Assembly: GCA_964016885.1 (NCBI GenBank)
Contig: OZ024743.1
Coordinates: 218,736,001-218,800,000, forward strand
DNA from: Eledone cirrhosa
Lineage: Eukaryota
DNA: 64,000 nt
Reading direction: 5' to 3'
Of the stretch, positions 48,201 through 60,200 are shown one piece after another (the stretch's first letter is position 1; the number at the start of each line of letters is the position of its first letter). The notes beneath the pieces are model-generated. The model did no database searches. It was not told the DNA's origin and worked only from the letters and a program-made list of their open reading frames with translations. The translations under genes were made by a program, and so were the position numbers.

Positions 48201-51200
48201 AGGTAAAGTCTGTGTGAAAGTGAGGTGAGGTGTGTGTGAAAGTGAGGTAAGGTGTGTGTGAAAGTGAGGTGAGGTGTGTGTGAGAGTGAGGAAAGGTGTG
48301 TGTGAAAGTGAGGTGAGGTGTGTGTGAAAGAGAGGTAAGGTGTGTGTGAAAGTGAGGTGAGGTGTGTGTGAAAGTGAGGCAAGGTGTGTCTGAGAGTGAG
48401 GTGAGGTGTGTGTGAAAGTGAGGTAAGGTGTGTGTGAAAGTGAGGTGAGGTGTGTGTGAAAGTGAGGTGAGGTGTGTGTGAAAGTGAGGAAAGGTGTGTC
48501 TGAGAGTGAGGTGAGGTGAGGTGTGTGTGAAAGTGAGGTAAGGTGTGTGTGAAAGTGAGGTGAGGTGTGTGTGGAAGTGAGGTGAGGTGTGTGTGTAAGA
48601 GAGGTGAGGCGTGTGTGAAAGTGAGGTAAGGTGTGTATGAAAGAGAGGTGAGGTGCGTGAAAGTGAGGTGAGGTGTGAAAGTGAGGTGAGGTGTGAGGGT
48701 GAGGTAAGGTGTGTGTGAAAGTGAGGTAATGTGTGTGTGAAAGTGAGGTGAGGTGCGTGTGAAAATGATGTGAGGTATGTGTGAAAGTGTGGTAAGGTGT
48801 GTGTGAAAGTGAGGTGAGGTGTGTGTGAAAGTGAGGTGAGGTGTGTGTGTGAAAGAGAGGTCAGGTGTGTGTGAAAGAGAGGTCAGGTGTGTGTGAAAGA
48901 GAGGTGATGTTTGGGTGAAAGTGAGGAGAGGTGTGTGTGAAAGTGAGGTGAGGTGTGTGCGAAAGTGAGGTGAGGTGTGTGTGAAAGACAGGTGAGGTGT
49001 GTGTGAAAGACAGGTCAGGTGTGTGTGAAACAGAGGTAAGGTGTGTGTGAAAGTGAGGTAAGGTGTGTGTCAAAGTGAGGTGAGGTGTGTGTGAAAGTGA
49101 GGTGAGGTGTGTGTGAAAGTGAGGTAAGGTGTGTGTGAGAGTCAGGTGAGGTATGTGTGAGAGTGAGGTGAGGTGTGTCTGAAAGTGATGTAAGGTGTGT
49201 GTGAAAGTGAGGGGAGGTGTGTGTGGAAGTGAGGTGAGGTGTGTGTGAAAGTGAGGTAAGGTGTGTGTAAAAGTGAGGAAAGGTGTGTGTGAAAGTGAGC
49301 AAAGGTGTGTGTGAAATTGAGGTGAGGCGTGTGTGAAAGTGAGGTAAGGTGTGTGTGAAAGTGAGGTAAGGTGTGTGTGAAAGTGAGGTGAAATGTGTGT
49401 AAAAGTGAGGTGAGGTGTGTGTGAAAGTGAGGTAGGTGTGAGTGAAAGAGAGGTGAGGTGTGTGTGAAAGAGAGGTGAGGTGTGTGTGAAAGTAAGGTAA
49501 GGTGTGGGTGAAAGTGAGGTGAGGTGTGTGTAAAAGTAAGGTGAGGTGTGTGTGAAAGTAAGGTAAGGTGTGTGTGTAAGAGAGGTAAGGTGTGTGTGAA
49601 AGTGGGGTGAGGTGTGTGTGAAAGTGAGGTGAGGTGTGTGTGAAAGTGAGGTGAGGTGTGTGTGAAAGTGAGGTGAGGTGTGTGTGAAAGTGAGGTGAGG
49701 TGTGTGTGAAAGTTAGGTGAGGTGTGTGTTAAAGTGAGGTGAGGTGTGTGTGAAAGTAAGGTAAGGTGTGTGTGTAAGAGAGGTAAGGTGTGTGTGAAAG
49801 TGGGGTGAGGTTGGTGTGAAAGAGAGGTGAGGTGTGTGTGAAAGTGAGGTGAGGTGTGTGTGAAAATGATGTGGGGTGTGTGTGAAAGTGTGGTAAGGTG
49901 TGTGTGAAAGTGAGGTGAGGTGTGTGTGAAAGTAAGATCAGGCGTGAGTGAAACAGAGGTCAGGTGTGTGTGAAAGAGAGGTCAGGTGTGTGTGAATGTG
50001 AGGTAAGGTGTGTGTGAAAGAGAGGTGAGGTGTGTGTGAAAGAGAGGTCAGGTTTGTGTGAAAGAGAGGTCAGGTGCGTGTGAAAGAGAGGTGATGTTTG
50101 GGTGAAAGTGAGGTAAGGTGTGTGTGTAAGAGAGGTGAGGTGTGTGTGAAAGAGAGGTGAGGTGTGTGTGAAAGTGAGGTGAGGTGTGTGTGAAAGTGAG
50201 GGGAGGTGTGTGTGAAAGTGAGGGGAGGTGTGTGTGAAAGTGAGGTGAGGTGTGTGTGTAAGAGAGGTGAGGTGTGTGAAAGTGAGGTGAGGTGTGTGTG
50301 AAAGTGAGGTAAGGTGTGTGTGTAAGAGAGGTGAGGTGTGTGTGAAAGAGAGGTGAGGTGTGTGTGAAAGTGAGGTGAGGTGTGTGTGTAAGAGAGGTGA
50401 GGTGTGTGAAAGTGAGGTGAGGTGTGTGTGAAAGTGAGGTGAGGTGTGTGTGTAAGAGAGGTGAGGTGTGTGTGAAAGAGAGGTGAGGTGTGTGTGAAAG
50501 TGAGGTGAGGTGTGTGTGAAAGTGAGGGGAGGTGTGTGTGAAAGTGAGGGGAGGTGTGTGTGAAAGTGAGGTGAGGTGTGTGTGAAAGTGAGGTAAGGTG
50601 TGTGAAAGTGAGGTGAGGTGTGTGTGAAAGTGAGGTAAGGTGTGTGTGTAAGAGAGGTGAGGTGTGTGTGAAAGTTAGGTAAGGTCTGTGTGAAAGTGAG
50701 GTGAGGTGTGTGTGAAAGTGAGGTAAGGTGTGTGTGAAAGTGAGGTGAGTTGTGTGTGAGAGTGAGGAAAGGTGTGTGTGAAAGTGAGGTGAGGTGTGTG
50801 TGAAAGAGAGGTAAGGTGTGTGTGAAAGTGAGGTGAGGTGTGTGTGAAAGTGAGGCAAGGTGTGTCTGAGAGTGAGGTGAGGTGTGTGTGAAAGTGAGGA
50901 AAGGTGTGTGTGAAAGTGAGGTGAGGTGTGTGTGAAAGTGAGGTGAGGTGTGTGTGAAAGTGAGGAAAGGTGTGTCTGAGAGTGAGGTGAGGTGAGGTGC
51001 GTGTGAAAGTGAGGTAAGGTGTGTGTGAAAGTGAGGTGAGGTGTGTGTGGAAGTGAGGTGAGGTGTGTGTGTAAGAGAGGTGAGGTGTGTGTGAAAGTGA
51101 GGTGAGGTGTGTGTGAAAGTGAGGAAAGGTGTGTCTGAGAGTGAGGTGAGGTGAGGTGCGTGTGAAAGTGAGGTAAGGTGTGTGTGAAAGTGAGGTGAGG

Positions 51201-54200
51201 TGTGTGTGGAAGTGAGGTGAGGTGTGTGTGTAAGAGAGGTGAGGCGTGTGTGAAAGTGAGGTAAGGTGTGTATGAAAGAGAGGTGAGGTGCGTGAAAGTG
51301 AGGTGAGGTGTGAAAGTGAGGTGAGGTGTGAGGGTGAGGTAAGGTGTGTGTGAAAGTGAGGTAATGTGTGTGTGAAAGTGAGGTGAGGTGCGTGTGAAAA
51401 TGATGTGAGGTATGTGTGAAAGTGTGGTAAGGTGTGTGTGAAAGTGAGGTGAGGTGTGTGTGAAAGTGAAATGAGGTGTGTGTGTGAAAGAGAGGTCAGG
51501 TGTGTGTGAAAGAGAGGTCAGGTGTGTGTGAAAGAGAGGTGATGTTTGGGTGAAAGTGAGGAGAGGTGTGTGTGAAAGTGAGGTGAGGTGTGTGCGAAAG
51601 TGAGGTGAGGTGTGTGTGAAAGACAGGTCAGGTGTGTGTGAAACAGAGGTAAGGTGTGTGTGAAAGTGAGGTAAGGTGTGTGTCAAAGTGAGGTGAGGTG
51701 TGTGTGAAAGTGAGGTGAGGTGTGTGTGAAAGTGAGGTAAGGTGTGTGTGAGAGTGAGGTGAGGTATGTGTGAGAGTGAGGTGAGGTGTGTGTGAAAGTG
51801 ATGTAAGGTGTGTGTGAAAGTGAGGGGAGGTGTGTGTGAAAGTGAGGTGAGGTGTGTGTGGAAGTGAGGTGAGGTGTGTGTGAAAGTGAGGTAAGGTGTG
51901 TGTAAAAGTGAGGAAAGGTGTGTGTGAAAGTGAGCAAAGGTGTGTGTGAAATTGAGGTGAGGCGTGTGTGAAAGTGAGGTAAGGTGTGTGTGAAAGTGAG
52001 GTAAGGTGTGTGTGAAAGTGAGGTGAAATGTGTGTAAAAGTGAGGTGAGGTGTGTGTGAAAGTGAGGTAGGTGTGAGTGAAAGAGAGGTGAGGTGTGTGT
52101 GAAAGAGAGGTGAGGTGTGTGTGAAAGTAAGATCAGGCGTGAGTGAAACAGAGGTCAGGTGTGTGTGAAAGAGAGGTCAGGTGTGTGTGAATGTGAGGTA
52201 AGGTGTGTGTGAAAGAGAGGTGAGGTGTGTGTGAAAGAGAGGTCAGGTTTGTGTGAAAGAGAGGTCAGGTGTGTGTGAAACAGAGGTAAGGTGTGTGTGA
52301 AAGTGAGGTAAGGTGTGTGTCAAAGTGAGGTGAGGTGTGTGTGAAATTGAGGTGAGGTGTGTGTGAAAGTGAGGTGAGGTGTGTGTGTAAGTGAGGTGAA
52401 GTGTGTGTGAAACAGAGGTGAGGTGTGTGTGAAAGTGAGGTGAGGTGTATGTGAAAGAGAGGTAAGGTGTGTGTGAAAGTAAGTTGAGTTGTGTGTGAAA
52501 GTGAGGTGAGGTGTTTGTGAAAGTGAGGTGAGGTGTGTGTGAAAGTGAGGTAAGGTGTGTGTGAGAGTGAGGTGAGGTATGTGTGAGAGTGAGGTGAGGT
52601 GTGTGTGAAAGTGATGTAAGGTGTGTGTGAAAGTGAGGGGAGGTGTGTGTGAAAGTGAGGTAGGTGTGAGTGAAAGAGAGGTGAGGTGTGTGTGAAAGAG
52701 AGGTGAGGTGTGTGTGAAAGTAAGATCAGGCGTGAGTGAAACAGAGGTCAGGTGTGTGTGAAAGAGAGGTCAGGTGTGTGTGAATGTGAGGTAAGGTGTG
52801 TGTGAAAGAGAGGTGAGGTGTGTGTGAAAGAGAGGTCAGGTTTGTGTGAAAGAGAGGTCAGGTGCGTGTGAAAGAGAGGTGATGTTTGGGTGAAAGTGAG
52901 GTAAGGTGTGTGTGTAAGAGAGGTGAGGTGTGTGTGAAAGAGAGGTGAGGTGTGTGTGAAAGACAGGTCAGGTGTGTGTGAAAGTGAGGTAAGGTGTGTG
53001 TGAGAGTGAGGTGAGGTATGTGTGAGAGTGAGGTGAGGTGTGTGTGAAAGTGATGTAAGGTGTGTGTGAAAGTGAGGGGAGGTGTGTGTGAAAGTGAGGT
53101 AAGGTGTGTGTAAAAGTGAGGAAAGGTGTGTGTGAAAGTGAGCAAAGGTGTGTGTGAAATTGAGGTGAGGCGTGTGTGAAAGTGAGGTAAGGTGGGTGTG
53201 AAAGTGAGGTAAGGTGTGTGTGAAAGTGAGGTGAAATGTGTGTAAAAGTGAGGTGAGGTGTGTGTGAAAGTGAGGTAGGTGTGAGTGAAAGAGAGGTGAG
53301 GTGTGTGTGAAAGAGAGGTGAGGTGTGTGTGAAAGTAAGGTAAGGTGTGGGTGAAAGTGAGGTGAGGTGTGTGTGTGTAAGAGAGGTGAGGTGTGTGTGA
53401 AAGTGAGGTGAGGTGTGTGTGAAAGTGAGGTAAGGTCTGTGTGAAAGTGAGGTGAGGTGTGTGTGAAAGTGAGGTGAGGTGTGTGTGAAAGTGAGGTAAG
53501 GTGTGTGAGAAAGTCAGGTGAGGTGTGTGTGAGAGTGAGGAAAGGTGTGTGTGAAAGTGAGGTGAGGTGTGTGTGAAAAAGAGGTAAGGTGTGTGTGAAA
53601 GTAAGGTGAGTTGTGTGTGAAAGTGAGGTGAGGTGTGTGTGAAAGTGAGGTGAGGTGTGTGTGAAAGTGAGGTAAGGTGTGTGTGAGAGTGAGGTGAGGT
53701 ATGTGTGAGAGTGAGGTGAGGTGTGTGTGAAAGTGATGTAAGGTGTGTGTGAAAGTGAGGGGAGGTGTGTGTGAAAGTGAGGTAAGGTGTGTGTAAAAGT
53801 GAGGAAAGGTGTGTGTGAAAGTGAGCAAAGGTGTGTGTGAAATTGAGGTGAGGCGTGTGTGAAAGTGAGGTAAGGTGGCTGTGAAAGTGAGGTAAGGTGT
53901 GTGTGAAAGTGAGGTGAAATGTGTGTAAAAGTGAGGTGAGGTGTGTGTGAAAGTGAGGTAGGTGTGAGTGAAAGAGAGGTGAGGTGTGTGTGAAAGAGAG
54001 GTGAGGTGTGTGTGAAAGTAAGGTAAGGTGTGGGTGAAAGTGAGGTGTGTGTAAAAGTGAGGTAAGGTGTGTGTGAAAGTGAGGTGAGGTGTGTGTGTAA
54101 GTGAGGTGAGGTGTGTGTGAAACAGAGGTGAGGTGTGTGTGAAAGTAAGGTGAGGTGTGTGTGAAAGTGAGGTGAGGTGTGTGTGAAAGTGAGGTGAGGT

Positions 54201-57200
54201 GTGTGTGAAAGTGAGGTGAGGTGTGTGTGAAAGTGAGGTGAGGTGTGTGTTAAAGTGAGGTGAGGTGTGTGTGAAAGTAAGATAAGGTGTGTGTGTAAGA
54301 GAGGTAAGGTGTGTGTGAAAGTGGGGTGAGGTGTGTGTGAAAGAGAGGTGATGTGTGTGTGTAAGTGAGGTGAGGTGTGTGTGAAAATGATGTGGGGTGT
54401 GTGTGAAAGTGTGGTAACATGTGTGTGAAAGTGAGGTGAGGTGTGTGTGAAAGTAAGATCAGGCGTGAGTGAAACAGAGGTCAGGTGTGTGTGAAAGAGA
54501 GGTCAGGTGTGTGTGAATGTGAGGTAAGGTGTGTGTGAAACAGAGGTGAGGTGTGTGTGAAAGAGAGGTCAGGTTTGTGTGAAAGAGAGGTCAGGTGCGT
54601 GTGAAAGAGAGGTGATGTTTGGGTGAAAGTGAGGTAAGGTGTGTGTGTAAGAGAGGTGAGGTGTGTGTGAAAGAGAGGTGAGGTGTGTGTGAAAGTGAGG
54701 TGAGGTGTGTGTGAAAGTGAGGGGAGGTGTGTGTGAAAGTGAGGTGAGGTGTGTGTGAAAGTGAGGTAAGGTGTGTGAAAGTGAGGTAAGGTGTGTGAAA
54801 GTGAGGTGAGGTGTGTGTGAAAGTGAGGTAAGGTGTGTGTGTAAGAGAGGTGAGGTGTGTGTGAAAGTTAGGTAAGGTCTGTGTGAAAGTGAGGTGAGGT
54901 GTGTGTGAAAGTGAGGTAAGGTGTGTGTGAAAATGAGGTGAGGTGTGTGTGAGAGTGAGGAAAGGTGTGTGTGAAAGTGAGGTGAGGTGTGTGTGAAAGA
55001 GAGGTAAGGTGTGTGTGAAAGTGAGGTGAGGTGTGTGTGAAAGTGAGGCAAGGTGTGTCTGAGAGTGAGGTGAGGTGTGTGTGAAAGTGAGGTAAGGTGT
55101 GTGTGAAAGTGAGGTGAGGTGTGTGTGAAAGTGAGGTGAGGTGTGTGTGAAAGTGAGGAAAGGTGTGTCTGAGAGTGAGGTGAGGTGTGTGTGAAAGTGA
55201 GGTAAGGTGTGTGTGAAAGTGAGGTGAGGTGTGTGTGGAAGTGAGGTGAGGTGTGTGTGTAAGAGAGGTGAGGCGTGTGTGAAAGTGAGGTAAGGTGTGT
55301 ATGAAAGAGAGGTGAGGTGCGTGAAAGTGAGGTGAGGTGTGACAGTGAGGTGAGGTGTGAGGGTGAGGTAAGGTGTGTGTGAAAGTGAGGTAATGTGTGT
55401 GTGAAAGTGAGGTGAGGTGCGTGTGAAAATGATGTGAGGTATGTGTGAAAGTGTGGTAAGGTGTGTGTGAAAGTGAGGTGAGGTGTGTGTGAAAGTGAGG
55501 TGAGGTGTGTGTGTGAAAGAGAGGTCAGGTGTGTGTGAAAGAGAGGTCAGGTGTGTGTGAAAGAGAGGTGATGTTTGGGTGAAAGTGAGGAGAGGTGTGT
55601 GTGAAAGTGAGGTGAGGTGTGTGCGAAAGTGAGGTGAGGTGTGTGTGAAAGACAGGTCAGGTGTGTGTGAAACAGAGGTAAGGTGTGTGTGAAAGTGAGG
55701 TAAGGTGTGTGTCAAAGTGAGGTGAGGTGTGTGTGAAAGTGAGGTGAGGTGTGTGTGAAAGTGAGGTAAGGTGTGTGTGAGAGTGAGGTGAGGTATGTGT
55801 GAGAGTGAGGTGAGGTGTGTGTGAAAGTGATGTAAGGTGTGTGTGAAAGTGAGGGGAGGTGTGTGTGAAAGTGAGGTAAGGTGTGTGTGAAAGAGAGGTA
55901 AGGTGTGTGTAAAAGTGAGGAAAGGTGTGTGTGAAAGTGAGCAAAGGTGTGTGTGAAATTGAGGTGAGGCGTGTGTGAAAGTGAGGTAAGGTGGGTGTGA
56001 AAGTGAGGTAAGGTGTGTGTGAAAGTGAGGTGAAATGTGTGTAAAAGTGAGGTGAGGTGTGTGTGAAAGTGAGGTAGGTGTGAGTGAAAGAGAGGTGAGG
56101 TGTGTGTGAAAGAGAGGTGAGGTGTGTGTGAAAGTAAGGTAAGGTGTGGGTGAAAGTGAGGTGAGGTGTGTGTAAAAGTGAGGTAAGGTGTGTGTGAAAG
56201 TGAGGTGAGGTGTGTGTGTAAGTGAGGTGAGGTGTGTGTGAAACAGAGGTGAGGTGTGTGTGAAAGTAAGGTGAGGTGTGTGTGAAAGTGAGGTGAGGTG
56301 TGTGTGAAAGTGAGGTGAGGTGTGTGTGAAAGTGAGGTGAGGTGTGTGTGAAAGTGAGGTGAGGTGTGTGTTAAAGTGAGGTGAGGTGTGTGTGAAAGTA
56401 AGGTAAGGTGTGTGTGTAAGAGAGGTAAGGTGTGTGTGAAAGTGGGGTGAGGTGTGTGTGAAAGAGAGGTGAGGTGTGTGTGTAAGTGAGGTGAGGTGTG
56501 TGTGAAAATGATGTGGGGTGTGTGTGAAAGTGTGGTAACATGTGTGTGAAAGTGAGGTGAGGTGTGTGTGAAAGTAAGATCAGGCGTGAGTGAAACAGAG
56601 GTCAGGTGTGTGTGAAAGAGAGGTCAGGTGTGTGTGAATGTGAGGTAAGGTGTGTGTGAAAGAGAGGTGAGGTGTGTGTGAAAGAGAGGTCAGGTTTGTG
56701 TGAAAGAGAGGTCAGGTGCGTGTGAAAGAGAGGTGATGTTTGGGTGAAAGTGAGGTAAGGTGTGTGTGTAAGAGAGGTGAGGTGTGTGTGAAAGAGAGGT
56801 GAGGTGTGTGTGAAAGTGAGGTGAGGTGTGTGTGAAAGTGAGGGGAGGTGTGTGTGAAAGTGAGGTGAGGTGTGTGTGAAAGTGAGGTAAGGTGTGTGAA
56901 AGTGAGGTGAGGTGTGTGTGAAAGTGAGGTAAGGTGTGTGTGTAAGAGAGGTGAGGTGTGTGTGAAAGTTAGGTAAGGTCTGTGTGAAAGTGAGGTGAGG
57001 TGTGTGTGAAAGTGAGGTAAGGTGTGTGTGAAAATGAGGTGAGGTGTGTGTGAGAGTGAGGAAAGGTGTGTGTGAAAGTGAGGTGAGGTGTGTGTGAAAG
57101 AGAGGTAAGGTGTGTGTGAAAGTGAGGTGAGGTGTGTGTGAAAGTGAGGCAAGGTGTGTCTGAGAGTGAGGTGAGGTGTGTGTGAAAGTGAGGTAAGGTG

Positions 57201-60200
57201 TGTGTGAAAGTGAGGTGAGGTGTGTGTGAAAGTGAGGTGAGGTGTGTGTGAAAGTGAGGAAAGGTGTGTGTGAAAGTGAGGTGAGGTGTGTGTGGAAGTG
57301 AGGTGAGGTGTGTGTGTAAGAGAGGTGAGGCGTGTGTGAAAGTGAGGTAAGGTGTGTATGAAAGAGAGGTGAGGTGCGTGAAAGTGAGGTGAGGTGTGAC
57401 AGTGAGGTGAGGTGTGAGGGTGAGGTAAGGTGTGTGTGAAAGTGAGGTAATGTGTGTGTGAAAGTGAGGTGAGGTGCGTGTGAAAATGATGTGAGGTATG
57501 TGTGAAAGTGTGGTAAGGTGTGTGTGAAAGTGAGGTGAGGTGTGTGTGAAAGTGAGGTGAGGTGTGTGTGTGAAAGAGAGGTCAGGTGTGTGTGAAAGAG
57601 AGGTCAGGTGTGTGTGAAAGAGAGGTGATGTTTGGGTGAAAGTGAGGAGAGGTGTGTGTGAAAGTGAGGTGAGGTGTGTGCGAAAGTGAGGTGAGGTGTG
57701 TGTGAAAGACAGGTCAGGTGTGTGTGAAACAGAGGTAAGGTGTGTGTGAAAGTGAGGTAAGGTGTGTGTCAAAGTGAGGTGAGGTGTGTGTGAAAGTGAG
57801 GTGAGGTGTGTGTGAAAGTGAGGTAAGGTGTGTGTGAGAGTGAGGTGAGGTATGTGTGAGAGTGAGGTGAGGTGTGTGTGAAAGTGATGTAAGGTGTGTG
57901 TGAAAGTGAGGGGAGGTGTGTGTGAAAGTGAGGTGAGGTGTGTGTAAAAGTGAGGTAAGGTGTGTGTAAAAGTGAGGAAAGGTGTGTGTGAAAGTGAGCA
58001 AAGGTGTGTGTGAAATTGAGGTGAGGCGTGTGTGAAAGTGAGGTGAGGTGTGTGTGAAAGTGAGGTAAGGTGTGTGTGAGAGTGAGGTGAGGTATGTGTG
58101 AGAGTGAGGTGAGGTGTGTGTGAAAGTGATGTAAGGTGTGTGTGAAAGTGAGGGGAGGTGTGTGTGGAAGTGAGGTGAGGTGTGTGTGAAAGTGAGGTAA
58201 GGTGTGTGTAAAAGTGAGGAAAGGTGTGTGTGAAAGTGAGCAAAGGTGTGTGTGAAATTGAGGTGAGGCGTGTGTGAAAGTGAGGTAAGGTGTGTGTGAA
58301 AGTGAGGTAAGGTGTGTGTGAAAGTGAGGTGAAATGTGTGTAAAAGTGAGGTGAGGTGTGTGTGAAAGTGAGGTAGGTGTGAGTGAAAGAGAGGTGAGGT
58401 GTGTGTGAAAGAGAGGTGAGGTGTGTGTGAAAGTAAGGTAAGGTGTGTGTGAAAGTAAGGTAAGGTGTGGGTGAAAGTGAGGTGAGGTGTGTGTAAAAGT
58501 GAGGTAAGGTGTGTGTGAAAGTGAGGTGTGTGTGTAAGTGAGGTGAGGTGTGTGTGAAACAGAGGTGAGGTGTGTGTGAAAGTAAGGTGAGGTGTGTGTG
58601 AAAGTGAGGTGAGGTGTGTGTGAAAGTGAGGTGAGGTGTGTGTGAAAGTGAGGTGAGATGTGTGTGAAAGTGAGGTGAGGTGTGTGTTAAAGTGAGGTGA
58701 GGTGTGTGTGAAAGTAAGGTAAGGTGTGTGTGTAAGAGAGGTAAGGTGTGTGTGAAAGTGGGGTGAGGTGTGTGTGAAAGAGAGGTGAGGTGTGTGTGAA
58801 AGTGAGGTGAGGTGTGTGTGAAAATGATGTGGGGTGTGTGTGAAAGTGTGGTAAGGTGTGTGTGAAAGTGAGGTGAGGTGTGTGTGAAAGTAAGGTAAGG
58901 TGTGGGTGAAAGTGAGGTGAGGTGTGTATGAAAGAGAGGTGAGGTGCGTGAAATTGAGGTGAGGTGTGAAAGTGAGGTGAGGTGTGAGGGTGAGGTAAGG
59001 TGTGTGTGAAAGTGAGGTAATGTGTGTGTGAAAGTGAGGTGAGGTGCGTGTGAAAATGATGTGAGGTATGTGTGAAAGTGTGGTAAGGTGTGTGTGAAAG
59101 TGAGGTGAGGTGTGTGTGAAAGTGAGGTGAGGTGTGTGTGTGAAAGAGAGGTCAGGTGTGTGTGAAAAAGAGGTCAGGTGTGTGTGAAAGAGAGGTGATG
59201 TTTGGGTGAAAGTGAAGTGAGGTGTGTGTGAAAGACAGGTCAGGTGTGTGTGAAACAGAGGTGAGGTGTGTGTGAAAGTGAGGTAAGGTGTGTGTGAAAG
59301 AGAGGTGAGGTGTGTGAAAGTGAGGTGAAGTGTGTGTGAAAGAGAGGTGAGGTGTGTGTGAAAGTGAGGTGAGGTGTGTGTGAAAGAGAGGTCAGGTCTG
59401 TGTGAAAGAGAGGTGAGGTGTGTGTGAAAGTGAGGTGAGGTGTGTGTGTGAAAGAGAGGTCAGGTGTGTGTGAAAAAGAGGTCAGGTGTGTGTGAAAGAG
59501 AGGTGATGTTTGGGTGAAAGTGAGGTAAGGTGTGTGTGAAAGTGAGGTGAGGTGTGTGTAAAAGTGAGGAAAGGTGTGTGTGAAAGTGAGCAAGGTGTGT
59601 GTGAAAGTGAGGTAAGGTGTGTGTGAAAGTGAGGTAAGGTGTGTGTGAAAGTGAGGTGAGGTGTGTGTGAAAGAGAGGTGAGGTGTGTGTGAAAGTAAGG
59701 TAAGGTGTGGGTGAAAGTGAGGTGAGGTGTGTGTAAAAGTGAGGTATGGTGTGTGTGAAAGTGAGGTGAGGTGTGTGTGTAAGTGAGGTGAGGTGTGTGT
59801 GAAACAGAGGTGAGGTGTGTGTGAAAGTAAGGTGAGGTGTGTGTGAAAGTGAGGTGAGGTGTGTGTGAAAGTGAGGTGAGGTGTGTGTGAAAGTGAGGTG
59901 AGGTGTGTGTGAAAGTGAGGTGAGGTGTGTGTTAAAGTGAGGTGAGGTGTGTGTGAAAGTAAGGTAAGGTGTGTGTGTAAGAGAGGTAAGGTGTGTGTGA
60001 AAGTGGGGTGAGGTGTGTGTGAAAGTGAGATCAGGCGTGAGTGAAACAGAGATCAGGTGTGTGTGAAAGAGAGGTCAGGTGTGTGTGAATGTGAGGTGAG
60101 GTGTGTGTGAAAGAGAGGTGAGGTGTGTGTGAAAGAGAGGTGAGGTGTGTGTGAAAGTGAGGTGAGGTGTGTGTAAAAATGATGTGGGGTGTGTGTGAAA

